Source of the DNA: Terriglobia bacterium
GTDB taxonomy: Bacteria > Acidobacteriota > Terriglobia > JAJPHL01 > JAPKYU01
Direction: 5' to 3'
NCBI GenBank assembly: GCA_965223005.1
Contig: CBDCVK010000010.1
Coordinates: 489,322-553,321, forward strand
Length of the DNA: 64,000 bases
The notes below the pieces were generated by a model. The model was not told the origin of the DNA. It ran no database searches and saw only the letters and a list, made by a program, of their open reading frames with translations. The position numbers and the translations under genes are program-made. Each line of letters opens with the position of its first letter. The first letter of the stretch is position 1. Positions 1 through 11,447 of this stretch are shown in pieces.

Positions 1-515
1 TGGTTTGCCCGGTGGCCGCCACCGTTCACAGCCAGGAAGGGCTCAACGAGATGGTTTACAACCGTTGTGTCGGCACCCGCTACTGCTCCAATAATTGTCC
101 CTACAAGGTCCGGCGCTTCAATTTCTTTGCATATTCGGATTACGAGACCCCCGTCCTGAAATTGCTGCGAAATCCGGACGTGACGGTACGAACCCGGGGA
201 GTCATGGAGAAGTGCACCTATTGTGTGCAGCGAATTAATGTAGCCCGCATCGAGGCAAAAAAAGAGGACCGCGAAATCCGGGACGGGGAAATCGTGACCG
301 CCTGCCAGGCAGCCTGTCCCGCGCAGGCCATTACTTTTGGCAATATCAATGACCCTAACAGCCAGGTATCCCAGCTTAAGGCAGACCCCCGAAATTACGG
401 TCTGCTCGAAGATTTAAACACCCGGCCGCGCACAACCTATCTGGCCCGACTGAGAAACCCTAATCCCGAGCTCGAAGGAAAAGGATGGAGCCCGAACAAC
501 CAGCACGGACGCTAG
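1..515 (+). CDS. actB: Alternative complex III subunit ActB (Fe-S / molybdopterin-oxidoreductase-like), C-terminal part; the gene begins upstream of the window
   Basis: The translation has 4Fe-4S ferredoxin-type Cys clusters ([29 protein letters not shown]). It is followed, with a 31-nt overlap, by an NrfD-like membrane subunit. The M at 12 is an ORF-caller artefact; the frame is open from base 1. Confidence 0.8.
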   Translation, partial: VCPVAATVHSQEGLNEMVYNRCVGTRYCSNNCPYKVRRFNFFAYSDYETPVLKLLRNPDVTVRTRGVMEKCTYCVQRINVARIEAKKEDREIRDGEIVTACQAACPAQAITFGNINDPNSQVSQLKADPRNYGLLEDLNTRPRTTYLARLRNPNPELEGKGWSPNNQHGR

Positions 516-1987
516 AAGGCGAACGTGCCCCACAGATCATCGCGCCGGGACACACCTATGCGTCGGTCACCGACAAGATCAGCGCCATTGTGCTCACCGG
601 GCGCACTCCGCGCGGCTGGTGGAGGCGCTCGGCTTCGGGGTGGCCTTTGCTCTGGTCATGGTTCTGCTGTATTCGGTGGCCTATCTACTGGCCGTGGGCA
701 CCGGCATCTGGGGGATCACCGGGCGCACTCCGCGCGGCGTTCGGCTTCGGGGTGGCCTTTGCTCTGGTCATGGTTCTGCTGTATTCGGTGGCCTATCTAC
801 TGGCCGTGGGCACCGGCATCTGGGGGATCAACGTTCCGGTCGGCTGGGGATTCGCCATCATCAACTTCGTCTGGTGGATCGGGATCGGGCATGCGGGCAC
901 TTTGATCTCAGCCATCCTGTTATTGCTGCGCCAGCAATGGCGAACCTCGATCAACCGTTTCGCCGAAGCCATGACGTTGTTCGCGGTCGCCTGTGCGGGA
1001 ATTTTTCCGCTCCTTCACATGGGGCGTCCGTGGCTCTTTTACTGGCTCATGCCTTACCCCAACACGATGGGGGTGTGGCCGCAGTTCCGCAGCCCGCTGG
1101 TCTGGGACGTGTTTGCTGTCACCACCTATGCCACCGTCTCGGCGTTGTTCTGGTTTGTGGGCCTGATCCCGGACTTTGCGACGCTGCGCGATCGCGCCGG
1201 CTCGCGGTTGGCTCAAGTCATCTACGGCGTGCTGGCGATGGGATGGCGAGGCTCGGCAAAGCACTGGCACCGCTATGAAACCGCCTACCTGCTTCTGGCC
1301 GGGCTCGCCACTCCTCTGGTGATCTCGGTGCACACCATTGTCAGTTTCGACTTTGCGATAGGCATCATTCCCGGCTGGCACGCCACCATTTTCCCTCCCT
1401 ATTTTGTGGCGGGCGCCATCTATGCGGGCTTTGCCATGGTCCTGACCCTGGCCATACCAGTCCGCGCCATCTATGGACTGCAGGATTTCATCACCATGCG
1501 GCACCTGGAGAACATGGCCAAAGTCATGTTGGCCACGGGCCTGATTGTCGCCTACGGCTACTTGATAGAAGCCTTCATGGCCTGGTATAGCGGGAATCGG
1601 TACGAACGGTACATGATTTTGAATCGGCTGAACGGTCCATACGCCAGTCATTACTGGGCGCTGCTGCTGTGCAACGTCGTGACCCCGCAGTTTCTCTGGT
1701 TTCGGCGAATCCGCACGAACGTGGTCACGCTGTTCCTGATCGCCATTGTGGTCGGCATCGGTATGTGGTTGGAGCGATTCATCATCGTTGTTACCAGCCT
1801 GCATCGGGACTTCTTGCCTTCCTCCTGGGGCATGTATGCCGGCACCCGCTGGGATTGGGCTACGTTTGCGGGTTCGATCGGCCTGTTTTTTGCCCTGCTG
1901 TTCTTGTTCGTCCGCTTCCTGCCAATGATTTCGATTTTCGAGATGCGGACTATCGTGCCGCGTTCGGAGGACCGGAGGAAGTCATGA
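485..1987 (+). CDS. actC: Alternative complex III subunit ActC (NrfD/PsrC-like polytopic membrane protein) carrying an internal imperfect tandem duplication
   Basis: The 500-aa ORF has conserved NrfD motifs ([32 protein letters not shown], many TM helices). Bases 595-716 and 717-828 are near-identical direct repeats. Confidence 0.8.
   Translation: MEPEQPARTLEGERAPQIIAPGHTYASVTDKISAIVLTGRTPRGWWRRSASGWPLLWSWFCCIRWPIYWPWAPASGGSPGALRAAFGFGVAFALVMVLLYSVAYLLAVGTGIWGINVPVGWGFAIINFVWWIGIGHAGTLISAILLLLRQQWRTSINRFAEAMTLFAVACAGIFPLLHMGRPWLFYWLMPYPNTMGVWPQFRSPLVWDVFAVTTYATVSALFWFVGLIPDFATLRDRAGSRLAQVIYGVLAMGWRGSAKHWHRYETAYLLLAGLATPLVISVHTIVSFDFAIGIIPGWHATIFPPYFVAGAIYAGFAMVLTLAIPVRAIYGLQDFITMRHLENMAKVMLATGLIVAYGYLIEAFMAWYSGNRYERYMILNRLNGPYASHYWALLLCNVVTPQFLWFRRIRTNVVTLFLIAIVVGIGMWLERFIIVVTSLHRDFLPSSWGMYAGTRWDWATFAGSIGLFFALLFLFVRFLPMISIFEMRTIVPRSEDRRKS
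595..828 (+). repeat. Imperfect tandem direct repeat inside actC: copy 1 is 122 bp, copy 2 is 112 bp
   Basis: caccgggcgcactccgcgcgg...ggcatctgggggat occurs twice back to back. The copies differ only by ctggtggaggcgct versus cgtt. Copy 1 is read out of frame in the long ORF (Trp-rich [33 protein letters not shown]). Copy 2 encodes the conserved TM1 ([30 protein letters not shown]). Confidence 0.85.
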
Positions 1988-2015
1988 CGGACCCGATCGG
2001 GGGACACGTCGGAGA

Positions 2016-2561
2016 GTGCGCAGTATGAAGAAAGCGGCCCTTTACGGATTGATGGCTGAATTTGAGACTTCCGAGGCCGTGGTGGCTGCCGTACGCCGTG
2101 CTTACCAGGAGGGATACCGGCGGATGGATGCCTACACGCCCATGCCGGTTGAGGGATTGGCCGAAGAGTTCGGCTTCCATCATACGCGGCTGCCGCTCAT
2201 CGTTCTGCTCGGGGGGATTGCCGGAGGCGTTGGGGGATTCCTGTTGCAATACTACACGTCGGTGATCGACTTTCCCCTCAACGTGGGAGGCCGTCCCTTG
2301 AACAGTTGGCCCGCTTTCATCCCGATCACATTTGAGATGACCATTTTGGTTGCGGCATTGTCAGCAGTGCTCGGAATGTTGGCGCTCAACGGCCTTCCCA
2401 GGCCGTATCACCCGGTCTTCAACGTTTCTCGATTTGCGCTGGCCACACGGAACCGCTTCTTTCTGTGCGTCGAAGGCACCGATCCTAAATTTGACCTGGT
2501 TGCCACCAAGCGGTTCCTGGAGAGTTTAGGCCCGCGTGAGGTATCTGAAGTTGCGCCATAA
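2016..2561 (+). CDS. actD: Alternative complex III subunit ActD (DUF3341-like membrane protein)
   Basis: 181-aa ORF directly after actC with two predicted TM segments, in the conserved position in act operons. Confidence 0.7.
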   Translation: MRSMKKAALYGLMAEFETSEAVVAAVRRAYQEGYRRMDAYTPMPVEGLAEEFGFHHTRLPLIVLLGGIAGGVGGFLLQYYTSVIDFPLNVGGRPLNSWPAFIPITFEMTILVAALSAVLGMLALNGLPRPYHPVFNVSRFALATRNRFFLCVEGTDPKFDLVATKRFLESLGPREVSEVAP

Positions 2562-3171
2562 CACGATCCACTATCCGTGCGCGAACCATATTCCGGGAGG
2601 GGGCGTCCGGATTGGCCTGCTCGTCCTTTGTTCCCTTTTGCTGGGAGGGTGCCGCCAGGATATGCACGACCAGCCCAGGTTCGAGGCGCTGGAGGCCAGC
2701 ACGTTCTTCGAAGATGGCCAATCCGCGCGGCCGCTGATAGCCGGCACGGTGGCCCGCGGTCATTTGCGCAGAGATGAGCATTTCTACGCGGGGAAATCTG
2801 ACGGGGCCTTGGCCGATACCTTTCCCTTTCCAGTTAATCGTGAGGTCCTAGCGCGAGGCCGAGAACGTTTCGACATTTTTTGCTCACCTTGCCACGGTCG
2901 CGTGGGAGCCGGCCGGGGCATAGTCGTGCGACGAGGGTTTCGCTCGCCGCCGTCGTTTCACATCCCGCGGCTGCGCGAAGCTCCGGTAGGACATTTTTTC
3001 GACGCCATAACGAATGGCTTTGGCGGCATGGCTAGTTACGCGAGCCGGATTTCGCCTGAAGACCGCTGGGCGATTGTCGCCTACGTGCGCGCGCTCCAAT
3101 TGAGCCAGCACGCCACGCTGGCCGACGTTCCGTCAGAGCAACGTTCGGAACTCGTTGGGACCGCAGAATGA
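2536..3171 (+). CDS. actE: Alternative complex III subunit ActE, a monoheme cytochrome c that is probably a lipoprotein
   Basis: Single CxxCH haem-binding motif (CSPCH). N-terminal hydrophobic segment ending LLLGGC. The true start may lie a few codons downstream of 2536. Confidence 0.75.
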   Translation: MRYLKLRHNTIHYPCANHIPGGGVRIGLLVLCSLLLGGCRQDMHDQPRFEALEASTFFEDGQSARPLIAGTVARGHLRRDEHFYAGKSDGALADTFPFPVNREVLARGRERFDIFCSPCHGRVGAGRGIVVRRGFRSPPSFHIPRLREAPVGHFFDAITNGFGGMASYASRISPEDRWAIVAYVRALQLSQHATLADVPSEQRSELVGTAE

Positions 3172-4358
3172 ACGAATTCGAAACGCTCCGTCCCGAACTG
3201 GATCGCATTCGAAAGCAAGCGCTCGTGGTGGGCAGCGTGGCCTTGGGAGTCTGCATCGTAGGAGGCTTTCCCAACCCGGAGCAATTTTTCCGCTCCTACC
3301 TACTGGGCTACCTGTTCTGGATCGGAATCGCGCTGGGAAGCCTCGCCATCTTGATGCTGCACCACATGGTCGGCGGCGCGTGGGGTTTTGTGATCTGTCG
3401 CGCGCTCGAGTCCGCGACACGCACGCTGCCGCTGATGGGCTTGCTGCTCGTGCCACTACTGTTCGGCATCTACAAGTGGGGTGTAGTGTATAGCTGGGCG
3501 CGCCCCGAGGCAGTGGCTGCCGATGAACTCTTGCAACACAAGAGCCCTTACCTGAATGTCCCCTTTTTTTTCACTCGAGCGATCGTTTACTTCGCGATTT
3601 GGATCGCGATTGCCTACTTCTTGAATAAGTGGTCAGCCGAGCACGATCGAACTGCGGACGGCTCCTTTGTGCGTCGGCTTCAGATTCTCAGTGGGCCCGG
3701 ACTGCTGCTTTACGGGCTCACCGTATCGTTTGCTTTTGTGGACTGGGTCATGTCGTTGGAGCCGCATTGGTTCTCAACGGTTTACGGCGTCATGTTTATG
3801 ATCGGGCAGGCGCTGGGGGCGCTAGCCTTTGCCATCGGCGTGACCGCGCTGCTCGCCAAGCGCAAGCCTTTGTCGGACGTCGTCGAGGCCGGGCATTTTC
3901 ACGACCTGGGTAACCTCCTGCTGGCTTTCGTCATGCTGTGGGCCTACATCGCGTTTTCCCAATACTTGATTATCTGGTCGGGCAACCTGCCGGAGGAAAT
4001 TCCCTGGTATCTGCACCGCAGTTTGGGCGGCTGGCAATGGGTGGCGCTACTGTTGTTCCTTTTCCATTTTTGTTTGCCCTTTCTGGTGCTACTATCTCGC
4101 GTCGCGAAGCGCAGGGTACGAATCCTGGCCACGGTGGCGGCGGCCATGACCGTGATGCGTCTGGTGGATTTGTTCTGGCTGGTCGCGCCGGCATTCCATC
4201 CTACTGGGTTCAGCCTCCATTGGATGGATCTGGGGGCACCGGTCGGTATCGGAGGAATTTGGATAGCAGTGTTTGTTTGGCAACTGGGCAAGAGAGCCCT
4301 GCTGCCGGCGTATGACCCTCGTGTGAATGAAGAGATGGGGGTTGCTGAAGGCACTTGA
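3168..4358 (+). CDS. actF: Alternative complex III subunit ActF (second NrfD-like membrane subunit)
   Basis: 396-aa polytopic membrane protein, paralogous in architecture to ActC, overlapping the actE stop. Confidence 0.75.
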   Translation: MNEFETLRPELDRIRKQALVVGSVALGVCIVGGFPNPEQFFRSYLLGYLFWIGIALGSLAILMLHHMVGGAWGFVICRALESATRTLPLMGLLLVPLLFGIYKWGVVYSWARPEAVAADELLQHKSPYLNVPFFFTRAIVYFAIWIAIAYFLNKWSAEHDRTADGSFVRRLQILSGPGLLLYGLTVSFAFVDWVMSLEPHWFSTVYGVMFMIGQALGALAFAIGVTALLAKRKPLSDVVEAGHFHDLGNLLLAFVMLWAYIAFSQYLIIWSGNLPEEIPWYLHRSLGGWQWVALLLFLFHFCLPFLVLLSRVAKRRVRILATVAAAMTVMRLVDLFWLVAPAFHPTGFSLHWMDLGAPVGIGGIWIAVFVWQLGKRALLPAYDPRVNEEMGVAEGT

Positions 4359-4377
4359 AGCCCGCTGTAGGCGCGTG

Positions 4378-4803
4378 ATGAGTGAGACGAACCAGTCCGA
4401 GGAAAGCCTGGGCCGGCGATACCAGCCGAGCGAGCCGGACGTCGGACGCATTGCGCTGTTCGCGGTCCTGCTGGTGATTTCCGTCGGGGTGGCCCTGTTG
4501 GCGATGAGCTGGACATATACCATCCTGGCTGGCCTCCAGCCGGAGCCTTCTCCGACGGCTTCTCTGTGGGCGGAAGCGGAGCGTTTGCCGCCGCAGCCTC
4601 GCCTGCAAGTCGTCCCCGCACGGGATCTGCAAACAGCGCGCATTGATGAGGAGGCTTTGTTAAATAGCTACGGGTGGGTCGACCCAGAGGCCGGCGTGGT
4701 CAGAATCCCGATCGAGCGGGCCATCGACGTGCTTGCCCAACGGGGCCTCCCTGCCAGGGATCGGAGACAAGAAACCCGGAGGAGCTCTGATCGAAAGCCA
4801 TGA
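4378..4803 (+). CDS. Hypothetical membrane-anchored protein (possible ActG-like accessory subunit)
   Basis: ORF 4327-4803. The likely start is the internal Met (MSETNQSEE). It has one TM helix (IALFAVLLVISVGVALLAM) and lies between actF and sco. Confidence 0.4.
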   Translation: MSETNQSEESLGRRYQPSEPDVGRIALFAVLLVISVGVALLAMSWTYTILAGLQPEPSPTASLWAEAERLPPQPRLQVVPARDLQTARIDEEALLNSYGWVDPEAGVVRIPIERAIDVLAQRGLPARDRRQETRRSSDRKP

Positions 4804-5696
4804 CAGTTAGCGCGGCTCATCAGAAAGGGCAACGAATTCTGAATTGCGGTGCAGGGTCTCGACCTCTGGGATCTCGTTTCATCGTGTTGCTGTGTCTTTG
4901 CCTGCTATTAGCGCTTGCTGCGGATCTGGCTCAGGCGCAGAACCTCCGGCCCGCGCCCTTGCGTGACGTTGGCATTGATCAAAAGCTGAACGAGCAATTA
5001 CCTTTGAACCTGACCTTTCGGGACGAGACCGGCAAGCCCGTACAACTTCGCCAATATTTTGGCCAGAAGCCGGTGATCCTATCTCTTGTCTATTACGATT
5101 GCCCCATGCTCTGCACGTTAGTGCTGAACGGGTTGGTCCGGAGCCTCCGGGTTGTTCCCCTCGATGTGGGAGATCAATTCGATGTGGTGACCGTAAGCTT
5201 TGATCCACGGGAGACGGCTGCGCTGGCAGCAGCCAAAAAGGAAACTTATGTTAGGCGCTATGCCCGAGCTCAGGCATCACAGGGGTGGCACTTTCTTACT
5301 GGCGAGGAGGCCTCGATTCAACAACTGACCCGGGCCGTGGGATTCCGCTATGCCTACGACGCGAAAAGCGGGGAGTTCGCTCATGCCACCGGGATTATGG
5401 TCTTGACGCCTACCGGCAGGCTTGCCCGCTACTTTTACGGAATTGATTATTCGCCCAGGGACTTGCGCCTGGCGCTGGTGGAAGCCTCGGCCAATAAGAT
5501 CGGCTCGGCCGTTGACCAGTTGCTACTGTTTTGTTTCCACTACGACCCCAAAACAGGAAAGTACAGTCTGGTCGTCATGAATGTCCTCCGCGTCGCTGGG
5601 ATGGGCACGCTTCTGACCCTGGGGAGCTTTCTGTTTGTCATGTTTCGCCGGGATCGGCGCAAATACTGGAAGCCGGAGGAAACAGGTCCGGCGTAA
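4800..5696 (+). CDS. sco: SCO1/SenC family copper chaperone (thioredoxin fold)
   Basis: Signal/TM segment, then CPMLC (CxxxC copper-binding motif) in a Trx-like domain, with a C-terminal TM. Located immediately upstream of coxB. Confidence 0.8.
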   Translation: MTVSAAHQKGQRILNCGAGSRPLGSRFIVLLCLCLLLALAADLAQAQNLRPAPLRDVGIDQKLNEQLPLNLTFRDETGKPVQLRQYFGQKPVILSLVYYDCPMLCTLVLNGLVRSLRVVPLDVGDQFDVVTVSFDPRETAALAAAKKETYVRRYARAQASQGWHFLTGEEASIQQLTRAVGFRYAYDAKSGEFAHATGIMVLTPTGRLARYFYGIDYSPRDLRLALVEASANKIGSAVDQLLLFCFHYDPKTGKYSLVVMNVLRVAGMGTLLTLGSFLFVMFRRDRRKYWKPEETGPA

Positions 5697-5705
5697 GAGA
5701 CGAGA

Positions 5706-5724
5706 AGACCGGCGATGCCGGTCT
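5706..5724 (+). terminator. Perfect 8-bp hairpin (AGACCGGC gat GCCGGTCT) between sco and coxB; possible attenuator or terminator
   Basis: Read directly from the sequence. Followed by cttactgctttgg (weakly U-rich). Confidence 0.25.
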
Positions 5725-5740
5725 CTTACTGCTTTGGATT

Positions 5741-6684
5741 ATGTGGGAAGGTTTTCCTTTATTCCCTGAACAGGCGTCCACCGTAGCGGGCGAAGTGGAC
5801 ATGCTGTTTTATTTCTTGATCGCAGTCAGTCTGTTTTTTACCGTTCTAATTTTCTCGCTGATCTTTTACTTCGCCATCCGCTACCGGAGACGCTCCGAGA
5901 CTGAACAGCCTCGTCCGATGGTCGGCTCCATCGGACTGGAGTTATTCTGGTCCATCACTCCGTTCATGATTACGGTGGTCATGTTTGTTTGGGCGACCAG
6001 CCTGTATTTCAAAAATGCCAGTCCTACGGCGGGAGCATTAGAGATCTATGTAGTTGCCAAGCAATGGATGTGGAAACTTCAGCATCCGGAGGGCCAGCGG
6101 GAAATCAACACTTTGCACGTGCCGATCGGCCGTCCCGTCCGTTTGATCATGACCTCCGAGGATGTTATCCACAGTTTTTACGTGCCTGCATTTCGGGTGA
6201 AATACGATGTATTGCCAGGACGGTACACAACCCTCTGGTTTGAGCCCACAAAAACCGGAGAATACCACTTGTTTTGCGCGGAATATTGTGGAACGAAACA
6301 TTCTCAGATGGCCGGTCGCGTCATCGTCATGACGCCACTGGAATTCGAGAAATGGCTGGGAGGGACCGCGACAGGAGAGTCGCTGGCAGAGGTTGGTCAG
6401 AGGTTGTTCCAGCGGCTCGGGTGCATTACCTGCCACCGCCCGGACGCGAGCGGACGCGGGCCCGTGCTGGAAGGTCTGTTCAACAAACCGGTGCCCTTGG
6501 CCACCGGAGAGACTGTGATCGCGGACGAGGACTACCTCCGGGAGTCGATCCTGCGGCCCAGCGCGAAAATGGTGGCTGGATACACCGTGAGAATGCCAAC
6601 CTTCCAGGGCCAGATCGGCGAGGAGGGGCTGGTGCAGATCATTGCCTTTATTAAATCTCTTAGTCGGGAAGTGCAAATCGAGGA

Positions 6685-6688
<4 letters not shown>
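5741..6688 (+). CDS. coxB: Cytochrome c oxidase subunit II with a fused C-terminal cytochrome c domain (caa3-type)
   Basis: CuA motif region ([19 protein letters not shown]...[12 protein letters not shown]). C-terminal CITCH haem c motif. Start refined to ATG 5741, after the sco stop at 5696. Confidence 0.9.
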
Positions 6689-8305
<1,617 letters not shown>

Positions 8306-8313
<8 letters not shown>

Positions 8314-8953
8314 AACACACGCCGCGCTGGCGCACCAGTTTGACGACCTGGAACAGCAGCACGAAGCCGTCACTCTGGGCATGTGGGCGTTCCTAGTCAC
8401 CGAAATCATGTTCTTCGGTGGCCTGTTTGCCGGATACACCGTCTATCGCTCAGCCTATCCCGAGGCGTTTGCCGCAGCCAGCCGGATCCTGGACAGGGAG
8501 CTCGGCGCCATCAATACCGTGGTCTTGATCGCGAGCAGCCTCACGATGGTTCTGGCTGTGCATAGCGCGCAACTCGGCAGGCGCAAGGCATTGGTTGTGT
8601 TTCTGCTCTGCACCATTGTTCTAGGTTCGGTATTTCTGGGCATCAAGGCTGTAGAATACAGTCACAAGTTTGAGCACCATCTGGTGCCGGGCCCTTGGTT
8701 CCACTACGAGGGTCCCCGCGCGAGCCAGGTTCACCTTTTCTTCTACTTCTATTTCGTCATGACGGGTATGCACGCACTGCACATGGTAATTGGAATTGTA
8801 ATTCTAGCGGTTCTTGTCTTCCAATCCTGGCGCGGCCGGTACACAAACCTATACTCTTCGCCGGTGGAGATGACCGGCCTGTACTGGCACTTCGTGGATA
8901 TCGTGTGGATTTTCCTGTTCCCGTTACTTTATCTGCTCGGGCAGCACTTATGA
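8306..8953 (+). CDS. coxC: Cytochrome c oxidase subunit III
   Basis: 215-aa protein with 5-7 TM helices ([19 protein letters not shown]). Confidence 0.85.
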
Positions 8954-9303
8954 CGCACCACGTTGTCTCGCTGAAAGCCTATTACCTTGTCTTTGGGGCA
9001 CTTCTCCTGTTAACCATCACCACGGTTGCTGTCGCCTCGTGGGATCTAGGAGAGCTGCTGGATCTAGGAGCATGGGTGAATACGGTGGTCGCGGTCTTGA
9101 TCGCGGTTTTGAAAGCAACTCTGGTTGCCCTCTACTTCATGCACGTCCGCTACAGCAGTCATCTCACAAAAGTGTTCGTGGTGGCGGGATTCTTCTGGTT
9201 GGCCATCCTCATTGGCCTGATCATGAGTGACTTCCTCACCCGGGAGCGGCCTTCCCGCCCCACCAGCCTTGGCGCTTCTGCAACAGCAACCCTGAGTCGG
9301 TAG
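8950..9303 (+). CDS. coxD: Small caa3-oxidase subunit IV-like membrane protein
   Basis: ATGA start/stop overlap with coxC. 117 aa with 3 TM helices. In the conserved position in caa3 operons. Confidence 0.55.
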   Translation: MTHHVVSLKAYYLVFGALLLLTITTVAVASWDLGELLDLGAWVNTVVAVLIAVLKATLVALYFMHVRYSSHLTKVFVVAGFFWLAILIGLIMSDFLTRERPSRPTSLGASATATLSR

Positions 9304-9381
9304 CTCCCTGAAAACCACGCGTAGCAAGTTTTCACGTGTAGCGGGCTTTGATGTTCAGGACAGGCGTCGGAAATTCACGGC

Positions 9382-9992
9382 CTATAGCGGGCTCACCGAC
9401 AGCAACCAGTTCGCAGCCATGGTCCCGGCAGCCTGCAGCCACGCCAAGGAGGACTTTCGTGGTTCACAACGCAGGATTCCAGCGGATGGGAAACTTGGTG
9501 AGTTATCGTCTCCCTCCACGCTGCTCCATCGAACCGGAACGGACATGGGTGGGGCAGGTGGGGAGTCTGCTCCCAGCGCCGTGAGGGAACTCTGACGAGC
9601 CTGCGCGAGCCCGTAGCTGGACAGCGTTCCTCGCCAGCCCAGTTGCGGTGAGAGAAGAAAACCCGATTGCCACCGTTGGTCCGGCAGATAGGGGCGCTCC
9701 AAAGCAACCAGCGGTTGCCAGTCGGTTTGAGGCACCAACGACAAGAGACTAACCAGCGGCGAGGACAATGCGAGCAGTGAGAAGGTTGCGTGATAAGTTG
9801 AGAGTTCCAGCGGTCCGTAGCCTAGCGAGGGTAGCCGGGATCCAATCGTGAACTGCAGATGTCCGAAGGCGCTCACTGGTCCCAACGGCCCCGAGGCTTT
9901 TCCTTCACCAGGATACTCAGGTCAACGCAGTGATCCTCCGGAGCCAGCTTCATGCGGACGTCGGATTCTACAACCGGTTCGATCAAGACGAG
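9382..9992 (-). pseudogene. Degenerate remnant downstream of a truncated Omp85/BamA-like gene. The expected beta-barrel-coding region has no intact frame.
   Basis: Only short broken ORFs on the minus strand. The POTRA gene upstream on this strand terminates prematurely at 9993. Confidence 0.3.
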
Positions 9993-11228
9993 CTAGCTTA
10001 GACGCGCCAAGCTACGGCGCAGTCGTCCCTCATCAAACAAGTCCCCCTCTTGCAACAGCAGGGCTCGTCGCAGGGTCGAATCGCCGACCGCATGGTGGCC
10101 GCGAAATTCAATCTGCCCCACCCGATAGACAGCCCCGGTTTCAATTTTCGCCTTGAGGGCGACCCATGGGCGGGCAACCGCACCCGTTTCAGCTAACCCT
10201 CCTCCCTTCGGGTCAATTCCCCCTCTGTCCCGGAGACGTTCCGAGGTCGTTTTTGCTTCCAGCAAGGCGGTGAACCCAAGTTTGCCCTCTCTTTCCGACT
10301 CGCGGCGTGCTTCTAAGAGGAATTGACACAGTTCGCGACTCGAAAAAGTGCCATCCGGCTGCGGCGGAAGTTCTTGGATCGACTCGGCTCCCACGACCTC
10401 CAGCCGCTCCACGCGATAGCGCGGTCCCGCATCCACCTGCACCGTAACTGTGGCTTTGTCCTCTGCGGTGTTCACGGTGGAGATTCCTACCTTGGCATCA
10501 AAGTAGCCGCGGGAAAGATACAGCGACTGAAGACGTTCCACGTCGGCCTGGAGGCGCTGCTGGCTGAGAGGCGCAAGTAAGCGCCAACCTCGCCATAACG
10601 GGCCTAAGCCAGGCAACAAGCGTTGCGCGCGAGTCGCGCGCAACGCTCCCCGCAACTCGTTTGGTTTCAACCCTAATGATCCCGAGAAGCGCATCTCCTG
10701 TACCCGATAGTCCCGGCCCCGCTCCACCCGGACCCGCAAGTCCGCCTGCTGGAAACCCACCGGGATCACTCCGGCTTCCACCGTCGCCTCAGCGTGACCC
10801 TGCTCGACTAGCTGCTGCCGCAGCGCAGCCGCCACTCTCTTGGCCAGCACGGCATCGATGGGCGTGCCGTTCTCAAGGTCCACCGCGCGACGCTCGTTTT
10901 CGGGGTCGAACTCAACCCGCCGCAGGTGAAGCCGCGGCTTCTCTGCCAGAATGAAAACCAGGTGCACTCCCTCCACGGATGGAGAGCTTTCGACCAGGAT
11001 GGCGTTGAACCAGCCCGTCGCCCACAGGCGACGGACGTCGTGCTCAATACGGACCAGGTCGAGCGTTTGGCCGGAGCGCGTCTCTAATTCAAGAGGCCGC
11101 AGGCTGCCACGAATCTGCAACGTTTGGATGAATGGACTGTCTGCCGCCCATAGCGCAGCATGGGAGAGAAAGGAAAGGAGGAGGGTTCTCCAAATGAACG
11201 GTCCTACCATGGAAGTAACCTCGTTCAA
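9993..11228 (-). CDS. Omp85/BamA-family protein fragment: signal peptide plus repeated POTRA domains, with the C-terminal barrel missing (probable pseudogene)
   Basis: 411 aa. N-terminal signal peptide (LLLSFLSHAALWAADS). Repeated POTRA-like beta-alpha-alpha-beta-beta units (..YRVQEMRFSG.., ..YRVERLEVVG.., ..YRVGQIEFRGHHAV..). It stops inside the last POTRA domain. Confidence 0.55.
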   Translation of the reverse strand: MNEVTSMVGPFIWRTLLLSFLSHAALWAADSPFIQTLQIRGSLRPLELETRSGQTLDLVRIEHDVRRLWATGWFNAILVESSPSVEGVHLVFILAEKPRLHLRRVEFDPENERRAVDLENGTPIDAVLAKRVAAALRQQLVEQGHAEATVEAGVIPVGFQQADLRVRVERGRDYRVQEMRFSGSLGLKPNELRGALRATRAQRLLPGLGPLWRGWRLLAPLSQQRLQADVERLQSLYLSRGYFDAKVGISTVNTAEDKATVTVQVDAGPRYRVERLEVVGAESIQELPPQPDGTFSSRELCQFLLEARRESEREGKLGFTALLEAKTTSERLRDRGGIDPKGGGLAETGAVARPWVALKAKIETGAVYRVGQIEFRGHHAVGDSTLRRALLLQEGDLFDEGRLRRSLARLS

Positions 11229-11393
11229 GGATGATCGAGCAGCTACTCAGGGTAGCCTGGCGTTCAAGCAATACAAGACGGATTTGGAGGATAGAAGTTA
11301 CAAGATACAGGTACGAAATAGCGAGCACGAACAGAGCCGCGAAGGAAGCGGTCAAATCCCCGTAGCCTGTTGAAACGGCATCTTTTAAAAGAA

Positions 11394-11447
11394 TGGTCGG
11401 GCCGTCGGGATTTGAACCCGAGACCTCTTGCACCCCAATTGTGCGTT
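11394..11447 (-). tRNA. tRNA-like 3' fragment (partial anticodon arm, T-arm GGGTTCAAATCCC, acceptor 3' strand and CCA) with no matching 5' half; possible att-site remnant or pseudo-tRNA
   Basis: The reverse complement reads ...gcacaattggggtgcaagaggtctcgggttcaaatcccgacggcccgacca. No complementary 5' acceptor strand lies within 100 nt. Confidence 0.4.

Noticed and set aside
920-1804. 294-aa minus-strand ORF and other alternative-frame ORFs across actC (525-905, 619-1278)
   Set aside because: They overlap the conserved NrfD-like frame. The 619 and 525 frames arise only because the tandem duplication puts copy 1 into different frames.
9304-9992. Possible structured ncRNA (RNase P, 6S) in a 700-bp gene-free stretch
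   Set aside because: No conserved RNase P, 6S or riboswitch core motifs recognised. Better explained as the decayed 3' part of the truncated Omp85-like gene.
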